Of a stretch of DNA of 64,000 bases, positions 7,582 to 17,362 are shown piece by piece. The stretch is taken from NCBI GenBank assembly GCA_963797095.1, contig CAWCNY010000003.1, forward strand, positions 288,001-352,000, read 5' to 3'. The notes under the pieces were generated by a model. That model did not search any database, was not told the DNA's origin, and saw only the letters and a list, made by a program, of their open reading frames with translations. Positions within the stretch are counted from its first letter, which is position 1. Each line of letters begins with the position of its first letter. The stretch comes from an uncultured Chloroflexia bacterium (lineage in GTDB: Bacteria; Chloroflexota; Chloroflexia; QHBQ01; JADMIH01). Position numbers and translations under genes: made by a program.

Positions 7582-10383
7582 ATGACACCACAGACCCAAC
7601 AATCAAGCACCACCAACTCCAACATAGAACCCTCCCCATCCCGCGCCGAGCCAATCGACCGCCTGAGAGACGACGTGCGACTCCTCGGAGGTCTCGTTGG
7701 CGAAGTCCTCCGTGAGCAAGGCGGAGAAGAGCTATTTCGAGACGTAGAGTATCTGCGAACAGGTGCCATCGAGATACGTAGCGGCACCGGTCCCAGCAAG
7801 GACAAAGAAGCCGCCCTCCTAGCATGGGTCCAATCCCAATCCACCGAGCAACTGCAGCGCCTGGTGCGCGCTTTCAGCGTCTACTTCCATCTCATCAACG
7901 TCGCCGAGCAACACCACCGCGCCCGCACCCTCCTCGAACGCGAGCAGACCGAAAGGCCCCTCCGTGAATCGATAGCCGCAGGCGTGCAAGCTGTTCGCAG
8001 CAAAGGGATCCCCAAAGAGACCCTGGCCGACGACCTGGGCAAGCTCGATGTCCACCCCGTCTTCACCGCCCACCCCTCCGAATCCCGGCGCCGCACGATG
8101 CTCCTTCATCTGGAGCGCGCCACGATCCTGATCTACAGGCTCGAAAACCTCCCTCCCGGCCCAAGCCGCGAAGCCCTGCTCGACGAGCTACGCACCTGCA
8201 TAACGATCATCTGGCAGACAGCCGAAACCCGCGCCGAGCGCCCTTCCGTGCTCGATGAGGTGCGCAGCGTCCTCTACTTCTTGGCGGGCAACGGCTACAA
8301 AGTAGCCCCCCGCGTCCAGCGCGCCGTCGAAAACGCTTATGGTGAAGAAGTGCACCCTGGCAGGCTCCCTGTCTGCCTCCAGTTCGGCTCCTGGGTCGGC
8401 GGCGACCGCGACGGCAATCCCAACGTCACCCCCGATGTAACCCGTGCAGCCGCCCGCATGTCGCGCGCCGCCGTGCTCATGCGCTACCGAGAAGAGGTAC
8501 GCACCCTTGGCCGCACCTTCAGCATCTCCGCCCGCCTGGCAGGATGCTCCCCCGAACTGATGGCCTCCGTCGAAAAAGACCGCGTGGAGATGGGCCAGCT
8601 CCCCGTGCAAGAGTGGGCCGACGAGCCTTACAGGCGCAAATTCGGCCTGATCGGCGAGCGTCTCCGCCGCACCGAAGCAGGCGAGCGCGGCGGCTACACC
8701 GACCCCTCCCAACTTCTCACCGACCTCGAAATGGTCCGCGCCAGCCTCGAATCACATGGCGGCCACCGCATAGCCCACGGCCCCTTGCTCGACCTCATCA
8801 GGCGCGTGCAGATATTCGGCTTCCACCTCGCCGAGCTTGAGATCCGCCAGCACGCCGGCCGCCACACCTCCGCCGTCGCCGAGCTACTCGGTCTCTCCGG
8901 CTTCTCCGGCTACGAAGCCCTCGGCTACGACCAACGCCGAGCTATCCTTGAGGAGCGATTGGTTGGCCCCCCGCTCTCCCCAGCCGCTAACGCCCTCTCC
9001 CAACCCACCCGCGAGGTGCTCGACTCCTTCAAGGCCATTGTCGACATCCAGCAAATGGGCGGCGAGCGCGCCTGCCGCACCTGCATAGTCTCGATGGCCC
9101 GCGCCGCCAGCGATGTCCTCTCCGTCCTCTTCCTCGCTCGCGAGGCAGGGCTTTACAGGTGGGACAGCGCCCGATCCCGGCCACACGTGAAGCTCGACGT
9201 AGTCCCCCTCTTCGAGCAGATCCACGAGTTGGCGACCTGCGGCGAGATAATGCGTGAGTTGTATGCAAGCCCTGCCTACAGGGCCGCTCTCAAGGCCAGG
9301 GGCAACCGCCAGCAGATCATGATTGGCTATTCCGACAGCAACAAAGACGGCGGCTATCTCGCTGCCACCTGGGGCGTCTACAACGCTCAGCAGATGCTCG
9401 CTCAAGCTTCAAAGGACGCAGGTATCGAGCCTATCATCTTCCACGGCAGGGGCGGAGCCGTAGGCCGTGGAGGTGGGCCAACCGGGCGCGCCATCATGGC
9501 CCGACCGCCCGCCGCCCGCAACCCCAGCTTCAAAGTAACCGAGCAGGGCGAGATGATCTTCGCCCGCTACGGCAACCTCACCCTGGCCGAGCGCCACTTC
9601 GAACAGGTAATCCACGCCCTCCTGATCTCCTCCTTCGGCCCCTACACCCAGGACGGTAAGCGCGAGCCGCCACAAGCGTGGCTGCAAACCATGCAGCGCA
9701 TGGCCGATCTCGCCAAAAGCAAATACGAAGCTCTCATAAAAGGCTCCCCCAACTGCCTCCGCTTCTTCAGGCAGGCCACGCCCTTCCCTGAGCTTGGCAC
9801 GCTCAACCTAGCCTCCCGCCCGGTAAGCCGCGTCGGCATCGACACCCAGGACATCGAGCTTGAGAACCTGCGGGCCATCCCCTGGGTCTTTAGCTGGACC
9901 CAGGCCCGCCTCACCGTGCCCGGCTGGTTCGGCCTCGGCACCGCCCTCACCGCCGAGATCCGGAGGAGCGGCCTTGAAGTCCTGCAAACTATGTACCGCG
10001 AGTGGGCGTTCTTCGGCTCCGCCATCGACAACGCCCAGTACAGCCTCGCCACCGCCGACATGGCTACCGGCAGGCGCTACTCAACCTTGTCCAACGATGG
10101 CGGCGACACCTTCCCACAGATCGAGGAGGAGTACAACCGCACAGTGCAAGCAGTGTTACAGGTAACCGGCCAGAAAGAGCTACTATACAAATCGCCCATC
10201 CTCGCCCGCTCGATCAAGCTCCGCAACCCCTACGTCGACGCCCTCCACCTCGCCCAGATAGCCCTCCTCAGGCGCTATCGCGACCTAACCGCAGGCGCCC
10301 CCAAAGAGGAACGCGAAACCCTGCTCGACGCCGTCCATCACAGCATCAACGGCATAGCGGCGGGCCTGCAAACCACCGGCTGA
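7582..10383 (+). CDS. ppc: Phosphoenolpyruvate carboxylase (bacterial type)
   Basis: VFTAHPSE, GSWVGGDRDGNP, MIGYSDSNKDGG, FHGRGGAVGRGG, LRAIPWVFSW, C-terminal GLQTTG. Confidence 0.97.
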   Translation: MTPQTQQSSTTNSNIEPSPSRAEPIDRLRDDVRLLGGLVGEVLREQGGEELFRDVEYLRTGAIEIRSGTGPSKDKEAALLAWVQSQSTEQLQRLVRAFSVYFHLINVAEQHHRARTLLEREQTERPLRESIAAGVQAVRSKGIPKETLADDLGKLDVHPVFTAHPSESRRRTMLLHLERATILIYRLENLPPGPSREALLDELRTCITIIWQTAETRAERPSVLDEVRSVLYFLAGNGYKVAPRVQRAVENAYGEEVHPGRLPVCLQFGSWVGGDRDGNPNVTPDVTRAAARMSRAAVLMRYREEVRTLGRTFSISARLAGCSPELMASVEKDRVEMGQLPVQEWADEPYRRKFGLIGERLRRTEAGERGGYTDPSQLLTDLEMVRASLESHGGHRIAHGPLLDLIRRVQIFGFHLAELEIRQHAGRHTSAVAELLGLSGFSGYEALGYDQRRAILEERLVGPPLSPAANALSQPTREVLDSFKAIVDIQQMGGERACRTCIVSMARAASDVLSVLFLAREAGLYRWDSARSRPHVKLDVVPLFEQIHELATCGEIMRELYASPAYRAALKARGNRQQIMIGYSDSNKDGGYLAATWGVYNAQQMLAQASKDAGIEPIIFHGRGGAVGRGGGPTGRAIMARPPAARNPSFKVTEQGEMIFARYGNLTLAERHFEQVIHALLISSFGPYTQDGKREPPQAWLQTMQRMADLAKSKYEALIKGSPNCLRFFRQATPFPELGTLNLASRPVSRVGIDTQDIELENLRAIPWVFSWTQARLTVPGWFGLGTALTAEIRRSGLEVLQTMYREWAFFGSAIDNAQYSLATADMATGRRYSTLSNDGGDTFPQIEEEYNRTVQAVLQVTGQKELLYKSPILARSIKLRNPYVDALHLAQIALLRRYRDLTAGAPKEERETLLDAVHHSINGIAAGLQTTG

Positions 10384-10567
10384 TACGCTACAGGCAAGAC
10401 CCACGCTGATCACCGTCCCCACTTCGTGCTAGAATAGGGTGGCTTTGACCAAAAATGTTTTGAGGCAGTGCCAATGACGAACTTCGAGCGGGTGCGGGCG
10501 TCATAGGCGCGATCCACCTGGCTCTGGACCATCTTTTCGTGGTTGAAGGCACAAGGAGAGTAACTGC

Positions 10568-11275
10568 ATGACCTCTGCGCAGGCGCTAAACAGCAACACC
10601 ATTACCTACGAACAACTCGCGAAAACGATAGACCACTCACTACTCAAGCCCGAGCTAACCGAAGCAGATGTGATCGCGGGCTGCGAGTTGGCGATGAAAT
10701 ACCACGTGGCGTCGGTGTGCGTGAAGCCCTGCCACGTACAACTGGCAACTCAACTACTGGCAGGGTCCGATGTGGCGGTTGGCACCGTGGTCGGTTTCCC
10801 CCACGGCAACTCCAGGATCGCCACTAAAGTCTTCGAGACCGAGCTTGCCCGCGCCGATGGCGCGACCGAGATAGACATGGTACTGAACATCGGCGAATTG
10901 CGGTCGGGCCACGCCAACTACATCCGTGACGAAATACGCGCGGTCGTACATGCGGCCCACCCCAGGGCAATCGTGAAGGTCATATTCGAGAACGCCTACC
11001 TCACCGACGAAGAAAAGGTGCTCGCCTGCACGCTCAGCGAAGAAGCGGGCGCAGACTTCGTGAAAACCTCCACCGGCTTCGCCCCCACCGGGGCAACAGT
11101 GGAGGACATTAAGTTGATGCGCGCATCGGCCGGCCCCCATATACAGGTGAAGGCGGCCCACGGAGTGCGCACTCTTGACCAGCTATTGGCGGTGATCGAT
11201 GCCGGTGCCACCCGGTCGGGCGCGACGGCCACAGCCGACATCCTCGATGAGTTCAAACAACGACACGGAGGTTAG
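10568..11275 (+). CDS. deoC: Deoxyribose-phosphate aldolase family protein
   Basis: IDHSLLKP, VVGFPHG, EIDMVLN, VKVIFE, FVKTSTGF. Confidence 0.9.
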   Translation: MTSAQALNSNTITYEQLAKTIDHSLLKPELTEADVIAGCELAMKYHVASVCVKPCHVQLATQLLAGSDVAVGTVVGFPHGNSRIATKVFETELARADGATEIDMVLNIGELRSGHANYIRDEIRAVVHAAHPRAIVKVIFENAYLTDEEKVLACTLSEEAGADFVKTSTGFAPTGATVEDIKLMRASAGPHIQVKAAHGVRTLDQLLAVIDAGATRSGATATADILDEFKQRHGG

Positions 11276-11277
11276 CC

Positions 11278-12442
11278 ATGACAAATTCAAGGTGGCGAGT
11301 AGGTGTCATAGGTACGTTGAGGCATCGGGCCCGCCCACGTTGAGGCATTGCGACGCCTGGGCATTGAAGTTGTGGCGCTGGCCGGGCACGGTCCCGAACG
11401 AACCGCCGAAAAAGCCCGACAGTTCCACATCACCCGCTCATACGGCTCAGCCGAGGAGATGATAGCCGATCTCGATATAAACGTCGTACACATCACCTCG
11501 CCCAACCATCTCCACTTCCCGCACGCCAAGGCTGCCCTTCTGGCGGGCAAGCACGTGATCTGCGAAAAGCCTCTCGCGATGAACTCTCAGGAATCCGGCG
11601 AGCTAGTGAGACTGGCGAAAGAGAAGAAGCTGGTAAAGGTCGTCAACTTCAACATCCGCTATTATCCCCTCTCCCACCAGGCGCGGGCGATGGTGCAGAA
11701 CGGCGACCTCGGCGATGTCTATATCGTTCAAGGCTCCTATCTCCAGAACTGGCTGCTGCTGCCAACCGATTGGAACTGGCGTCTGGAGCCTGAGTTGGGC
11801 GGCGACGTGCGGGTGGTCGGCGACATAGGCTCGCACTGGATCGATCTCACCACCTTCATCACCGGCCTCACAATCGAATCCGTTTGCGCCGACTTCGGCA
11901 CCTTCCCACCCATCCGCAAGAAACCCACCCGCTCCGTCTAAACCCTCGGCAGCAAAATGCAACCCCCCTCCCATTACATCGAACAACCCATCCACACCGA
12001 GGATTACGCCGGCGTCCTGATCAGATACGAAAATGGAGCGCGCGGCGTAATGACGGTATCTCAGGTGAGCGCCGGGCGCAAGAACCGTCTGCACTACCAG
12101 ATCGACGGCGCAAAGGCATCCGTCGCCTGGGATGGAGAAAAGCCTAACGAGCTAGGGGTGGGCCACCGCGAGCGCTCCAATGAGATCCTCCTGAAAGACC
12201 CCGCCCTGCTGGCACCCGAAGCCCAACGAATAGCCTCCTACCCAGGCGGCCAGGCCGAAGGCTTCCCCGACACCTTCAAGAGCCTCTACAAAGCGGTGTA
12301 CGGCTACCTCGAAGCAGGAGATCCTGAAGCCAAGCCCCACTTCCCAGCCTTCCAGGACGGCCATCGCGGCCTGCAAGTAAGCGAAGCGATCCTGCAAGGC
12401 GCACAAGAAAACCGCTGGGTAAAAGTAAAACGTGATGAGTGA
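11278..12442 (+). pseudogene. Gfo/Idh/MocA family oxidoreductase disrupted by a frameshift (~11317-11323) and an in-frame TAA (11939-11941)
   Basis: ATG 11278 gives RVGVIGT; another frame continues [28 protein letters not shown]; RSV*TLG breaks the frame before [15 protein letters not shown]. Confidence 0.85.
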
Positions 12443-12651
12443 TACGTGACAACGCAGGACGAACGACGGAAAATACGCAGTACGCAACACGCAGTACGCA
12501 ACACGCAGTACGCAACACGCAGTACGCAACACGCAGTACGCAGTACGCAACACGCAGTACGCAACACGCAGTACGCAACACGCAGTACGCAGTACGCAGT
12601 ACGCAGTACGCAGTACGCAGTACGCAGTACCCCACGATTCACGTCCGTCCT
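12431..12651. repeat. Heptamer tandem array (ACGCAGT/ACGCAAC, ~22 units) flanked by short inverted arms
   Basis: Array at 12474-12630; arms AGGACGAACG and CGTCCGTCCT. Confidence 0.92.
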
Positions 12652-12673
12652 TCGCCCCCCAGAAAGGAGCACC

Positions 12674-13588
12674 ATGAAACTAGGTCTGATGAGCGCTGCC
12701 TTCCCGAATATGTCTTTGGAGCAATTGGCAGAGTGGACCTCAGGCAACGACTTCCAGATGCTGGAGCTTGCTTGCTGGCCGCCGGGCAAGGCCGAGCGCC
12801 GCTACGCAGGGGTCACTCATATCGACGTAACAGATATGTCGGCAAGCAAAGCATCCGGTATCCTGGACTTGCTGGAACGGCACGATCTGCAAATCTCCTC
12901 GCTGGCCTACTACCCCAACCCCCTTCACCCCGATCTCGACCACCGAAAGACAGTGATCGACCACCTCAAAAAGGTCATCGTAGCCGCCGAGCAACTGAAA
13001 GTGCCAATCGTAGGCACCTTCGTAGGGCGCGACCAGCACAAAACCATCGAGGCCAACTTCGACGAATACGAAAAGGTATGGCCTCCAATAGTGAAATTCG
13101 CCAACGATCACGGCGTAAAGATAGCCATCGAGAACTGCCCTATGCTCTTCACCAACGATGAATGGCCGGGCGGCAACAACCTGGCTACCACACCCGCTAT
13201 CTGGCGCGAGATGTGGGAGATCATCCCCGACGCCAACTTCGGCCTCAACCTCGACCCATCGCACCTCCTCTGGCAGATGATCGACTACTTGCGTGTGGTT
13301 TACGATTTCGGCCCGCGCATCTTCCACGTCCACGCCAAGGACATGCGCATCGATCACGAGCAGTTGTACCAGCGCGGTATACTATCATTAGGCATGGGCT
13401 GGGAGATCCCGCGCCTCCCCGGCCTGGGCGAGGTCAAATGGGACCAGTTCATAAGCGCGCTCTACGCGGTGGGCTATGATTACGTGGTAAGTATCGAGCA
13501 CGAAGACCGTGCCTTCGAGAAAACCGAAGATCTGGTCAAGCGTGGCCTACTGATTGGCCGCGACGCCCTGAAGCCCTATATCCACTAG
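12674..13588 (+). CDS. Sugar phosphate isomerase/epimerase (xylose-isomerase-like TIM barrel)
   Basis: AIENCP, LNLDPSH, HVHAKD, SIEHED; ATG 12674 follows AAGGAG. Confidence 0.88.
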   Translation: MKLGLMSAAFPNMSLEQLAEWTSGNDFQMLELACWPPGKAERRYAGVTHIDVTDMSASKASGILDLLERHDLQISSLAYYPNPLHPDLDHRKTVIDHLKKVIVAAEQLKVPIVGTFVGRDQHKTIEANFDEYEKVWPPIVKFANDHGVKIAIENCPMLFTNDEWPGGNNLATTPAIWREMWEIIPDANFGLNLDPSHLLWQMIDYLRVVYDFGPRIFHVHAKDMRIDHEQLYQRGILSLGMGWEIPRLPGLGEVKWDQFISALYAVGYDYVVSIEHEDRAFEKTEDLVKRGLLIGRDALKPYIH

Positions 13589-13594
13589 GAAGAC

Positions 13595-13697
13595 GGTAGT
13601 CCGCAGTCGGGAGTCGGTAGTTAGAACCAAAAACCAGGAACTTGGAACTTGGAGCTATAACCGTCCTCCGACTACCGACTACCGACTGCGGACTACC
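13595..13697. repeat. Nested heptamer hairpin: 27-bp GGTAGTC/GACTACC inverted arms enclosing an AGAACCA/GGAACTT array
   Basis: Arms 13595-13621 and 13671-13697 are reverse complements with one mismatch. Confidence 0.9.
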
Positions 13698-13709
13698 ACC
13701 ACCAAAATC

Positions 13710-16700
13710 ATGTTCTCCAGCTCGACACCGAGGTACGAGCTACTGCTCCGTACCAAGCTTGCACCACCCCAGTTGCACAGTCGCGTGCTGGGGCGACCTG
13801 CCCTGGGCGCTTTACTGCGCGAATCCCTGCATTACCGCCTGACCATAGTCCACGCGGGCACCGGCTACAGCAAGACCACGGCCCTTGCTTCTCTCGATAC
13901 AGGCCACCCTCCTCTCTTCTGGTACAGCCTCGGTGATACCGACGCCGACCCCCAACGCTTCCTCTCCTATTTAATAGCAGCCTTCAGCGTGCGCCTGCCC
14001 AACCTATCCGACCTGCCACTCGCAGTTCTGCAAGAGCGCGGCAGCGAGGGCACTATGGATGCCTGGAATCAGGCGTTGGACGCCCTCATCAACACCCTCT
14101 CCGACATCCTGGAGGAACCTTCCCTGCTCGTGCTCGACGACTACCACTTCGTGGCAGCCTCACCCGAAATCAACAGCCTCGTCGAGCACCTCCTTGATTA
14201 CCTGCCCCCCAACCTGCGCATCATAATTTCATCCAGGCACATGCCGCCAATGGACAGATTGGTAGCGTGGCGGGTGCGCGGCGAGGTGCTCGATATCAAT
14301 CGCGATGCCCTCGGCTTCAATATAGAAGAAGTGAAGGCCCTCTTCCGCGACGTATACGGCATGCAACTGGACGAGCAAGCCTGCGCGGCCCTCCTCCAGA
14401 AGACCGAGGGTTGGCCTATCGCTCTGCAACTCGCCTGGCAGGGCCTTCGCGGCAGCGCCGCACGAGGTACCTCACAACTCCTTGAACAAGGCTCCACATC
14501 CCTGAACGCACTGTTCGATTATCTCGCCTCCGAAGTACTGAGCGCCCAGCCAGACGACATCGCCACTTTCCTCCGCGAGACCTCGATCCTGCGCCAGCTT
14601 ACACCCGCCGCCTGCGACGCGGTCAGAGAGCGCACCGGCAGCGCCGCCATGCTCGACAGGCTCATGGAGCTAGACCTTTTCGTAGTCGCCCTCGGTAACG
14701 CATCCGGAAGGCACTACCGCTACCACCACCTCTTCCACGATTTCCTGCGCCAGCAAGCCTCCCGCGACCCAGCTACTGCCCGCACCCTGCACGAGCGAGC
14801 CGCCGGATACTTCGCCTCGATAGGCGACTACGAAGAGGCCATCTACCACCGTCTCGCAAGCGGCGACCTGCAAAGGGTGGCATCCGCCATCGAGCAGGCA
14901 GGCGATACAGCCCTGCGCGCCGGTTGGCTCGACACAGTAGCCACCTGGATCGATGCACTCCCACCTGCCGTGCTCGAAAGCCACCCCCTGCTACAAGCCT
15001 ACCTGGGCGACATCTATCGCATGCGCAGCCGGTTTGAGGAAGCCCTCGGTTGGTACACACAGGCAGAGAGCATGTGGCGAGCACGCAACGATCCCGCAGG
15101 CGTCAGCCGCGCCCTCAGGGGGCAGGCCCTCGTCTATCTCGACACTGTTCGTCCCGCCAAGGCCGAGAGCCTGCTTGAAGAAGCCCTCAGGCTGATCGAG
15201 GGCCTGGAGGATCGCGAGAGCCGCGCCCGCTTGCTGGAGCTACTGGCCGAAAACAAGCTCAATATGGGCAAGCCCGCCGAAGCTGAGACCCTGCGAGCCG
15301 AGGCAAGGGCTTTGCGCGAGGAAGGCCCCGGCGAGGACGCCCTCAGCGTGCGCGTCAAGCTCCGCACGGGCAGGCTCGACGAAGCTCAGCGCATTCTTGA
15401 GCGTTGGGTAGAGACTGAGCGTGAGGAAGTAGCGCAGGGCCAGGTCCACCCGCCACGCTCTCACCGCGAGACCCTGCTGATTCTATCCCTGATCCAATCC
15501 TTCCGAGGTCAGAAGGAGCGCGCATTCGAGCTTGCCCAGGAAGGGATCACAATAGGATCTGTCCTCAACTCACCTTTCGTCACCGCCGTTGGGCACGCCC
15601 GCCTCGGCCACGCCTGGCAATTGCGCGGTCTCGCAGGCACCGAGGAAGCGATAGCCTGCTACAACCGGGGCGTTGCCCTCGGCGACCAACTCGCCGTAAA
15701 GAGGATACGCGCCGAGGCAATGTGGGGCCTCACTCGCGCCTACGGCTTCTCCGGCGACCTCGTATCGGCGGAAAAAGCAGCCGCCGAGGGCGTGGAGATC
15801 GGCAAGTGGGCCGGCGACGCCTGGATCGTCGCCCTCATCGAGCTGGCGCTTGGCTCCAGCTATGTGCTTGCAGAGCAGGCAACCCAGGCGCTCGATCTCC
15901 TTTCAAGGGTGGTGGTTGCCTTCCGCGAGTGCGGCGATGGCTTCGGCAGGGCCGCCACCCGCATCTGGCTCGCCCTCGCTTACGACGCGCTGGGCCAGAG
16001 CGAACTTTGCAACGCCTCTATCGACGATGCCCTGACGCTGTGCGAGACGCACAAATACGGCTTCCTCTTCACAGCCCCCAGCTTGCTCGGCCCGCCCGAC
16101 GTGCGGCGGTTGGTGCCCCTGTTAGAAAGGGCAAGAGATGGCCGCCGCAACCGGGCCTACGCCACCCATCTGCTCGGCGAGCTTGGGTTAGCAGAGGTTC
16201 ACGCCCACCCAGGCTACCAGCTACGCGTTCACACACTCGGCACATTCCACGTGTTCAGGGGCGAAGCCGAAGTTGAGACGCGCGATTGGCAGCGCGACAA
16301 GGCGCGTCAGCTTTTCCAGTTGCTCCTCACCCAGCGTGGAGGCTGGCTCCAGCGCGACGAGATCGTAGAGCGCCTCTGGCCCAACCTTTCGCCCGAAGCA
16401 GCCTTGCGCGACTTCAAAGTCGCCCTCAACGCCCTCAACCGCGCCCTCGAACCCGGACGCACTACCGACTCGCCTTTCGCGTTCATCGTGCGCGACGGCG
16501 TCTCCTATCGCTTGCGCCCCGAAGCCGACCTCTGGCTAAATTCGGCCCAGTTCGAGGCAGAGTCTCAGGCTGGCCTGCGCTCGGCGAACCAGGACGAACG
16601 CGACCAAGCCATAGCACACTTGCAGGACGCCCTCGATCTTTATAGCGGCAACTACCTGCCCGATGCCCTCTATGACGATTGGGCCAGCGGCGAGCGCGAG

Positions 16701-17006
16701 CGCCTCCTCTCTCTTTTCCTGCGCGCAGCCGACAAACTGGCGGGCATGCTCGTGGAGAGCGGTCACTATACGCAAGCGCTCGATATTTGCGGCAGAATCC
16801 TCGGCTACGACCCCTGCTGGGAGCGCGCCTACCGCTGGCTCATGCTCGCCTACGCCCGCCAGGGAGATCGCACCCTCGCTCTGCGCACCTACAGGCGATG
16901 CGCCACCACCCTTCAGGCCGAGCTTGGCGTCGAACCTGCCCCCGCCACCATGGCCCTCTACGACCGCATCCTCCAATCCGAGGAACTTCCGGTAACTATC
17001 GGCTGA
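13710..17006 (+). CDS. MalT-like STAND/TPR transcriptional activator with C-terminal SARP-type HTH and BTAD domain
   Basis: LLRTKLAPP, variant P-loop AGTGYSKTT, LVLDDYH, TEGWP, YRYHHLF, TPR helices; C-terminal HTLGTF..KARQLFQLL..LWP..DPCWERAYRWLM..ELGVEP. Confidence 0.88.
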   Translation: MFSSSTPRYELLLRTKLAPPQLHSRVLGRPALGALLRESLHYRLTIVHAGTGYSKTTALASLDTGHPPLFWYSLGDTDADPQRFLSYLIAAFSVRLPNLSDLPLAVLQERGSEGTMDAWNQALDALINTLSDILEEPSLLVLDDYHFVAASPEINSLVEHLLDYLPPNLRIIISSRHMPPMDRLVAWRVRGEVLDINRDALGFNIEEVKALFRDVYGMQLDEQACAALLQKTEGWPIALQLAWQGLRGSAARGTSQLLEQGSTSLNALFDYLASEVLSAQPDDIATFLRETSILRQLTPAACDAVRERTGSAAMLDRLMELDLFVVALGNASGRHYRYHHLFHDFLRQQASRDPATARTLHERAAGYFASIGDYEEAIYHRLASGDLQRVASAIEQAGDTALRAGWLDTVATWIDALPPAVLESHPLLQAYLGDIYRMRSRFEEALGWYTQAESMWRARNDPAGVSRALRGQALVYLDTVRPAKAESLLEEALRLIEGLEDRESRARLLELLAENKLNMGKPAEAETLRAEARALREEGPGEDALSVRVKLRTGRLDEAQRILERWVETEREEVAQGQVHPPRSHRETLLILSLIQSFRGQKERAFELAQEGITIGSVLNSPFVTAVGHARLGHAWQLRGLAGTEEAIACYNRGVALGDQLAVKRIRAEAMWGLTRAYGFSGDLVSAEKAAAEGVEIGKWAGDAWIVALIELALGSSYVLAEQATQALDLLSRVVVAFRECGDGFGRAATRIWLALAYDALGQSELCNASIDDALTLCETHKYGFLFTAPSLLGPPDVRRLVPLLERARDGRRNRAYATHLLGELGLAEVHAHPGYQLRVHTLGTFHVFRGEAEVETRDWQRDKARQLFQLLLTQRGGWLQRDEIVERLWPNLSPEAALRDFKVALNALNRALEPGRTTDSPFAFIVRDGVSYRLRPEADLWLNSAQFEAESQAGLRSANQDERDQAIAHLQDALDLYSGNYLPDALYDDWASGERERLLSLFLRAADKLAGMLVESGHYTQALDICGRILGYDPCWERAYRWLMLAYARQGDRTLALRTYRRCATTLQAELGVEPAPATMALYDRILQSEELPVTIG

Positions 17007-17020
17007 GCCGCTCATACTGT

Positions 17021-17064
17021 TGTAACCGATTTGTAACCGGCGTGTGACCCCCCTCTGTTAAGCT
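17021..17064 (+). promoter_or_regulatory. Three heptamer direct repeats at 11-bp periodicity followed by a -10-like hexamer (SARP-type operator/promoter)
   Basis: TGTAACC 17021, TGTAACC 17032, TGTGACC 17043, TAAGCT 17059-17064. Confidence 0.72.
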
Positions 17065-17155
17065 CACCTGGCTGGAATCGCCGTACCATACTGTGCGGCC
17101 CTGTTTGGTTTGGCCGGCTCCCTCAGTCGGCCAAACCACTAGCCTGGAGACGCGA

Positions 17156-17362
17156 GTGGACCAGGAGGCAAAAGTTACTTCGTTCGTTGTGCGCTTCGTT
17201 TACGAGGAGCCTCATGACCAACCCAACGAAGGAGCAGGCCATTGGTATAGCGTCGTCCGGCATGTGCAGTCTGACACCGAGCGGCGCTTCACGCGCTGGG
17301 AAGATGTCGTACTTTTCCTCCAGCAATACGTTGACCTGAGCAAAGGCGCGAAGGATGAATGA
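17156..17362 (+). CDS. Small hypothetical protein (SFVVRF..W..VRHVQ..E.RF motif)
   Basis: GTG 17156 follows GGAG; 3' end overlaps the KAS III start. Confidence 0.65.
   Translation: MDQEAKVTSFVVRFVYEEPHDQPNEGAGHWYSVVRHVQSDTERRFTRWEDVVLFLQQYVDLSKGAKDE

Noticed and set aside
11939-11941. Programmed readthrough or selenocysteine/pyrrolysine recoding
   Set aside because: The codon is TAA, and the gene carries a second independent lesion
12152-13161. Repetitive ORFs (LRTAYCV/STQYAVR) and the N-terminal extension of the 12446 ORF
   Set aside because: These are translations of the heptamer array; the real gene starts at 12674 after a strong RBS
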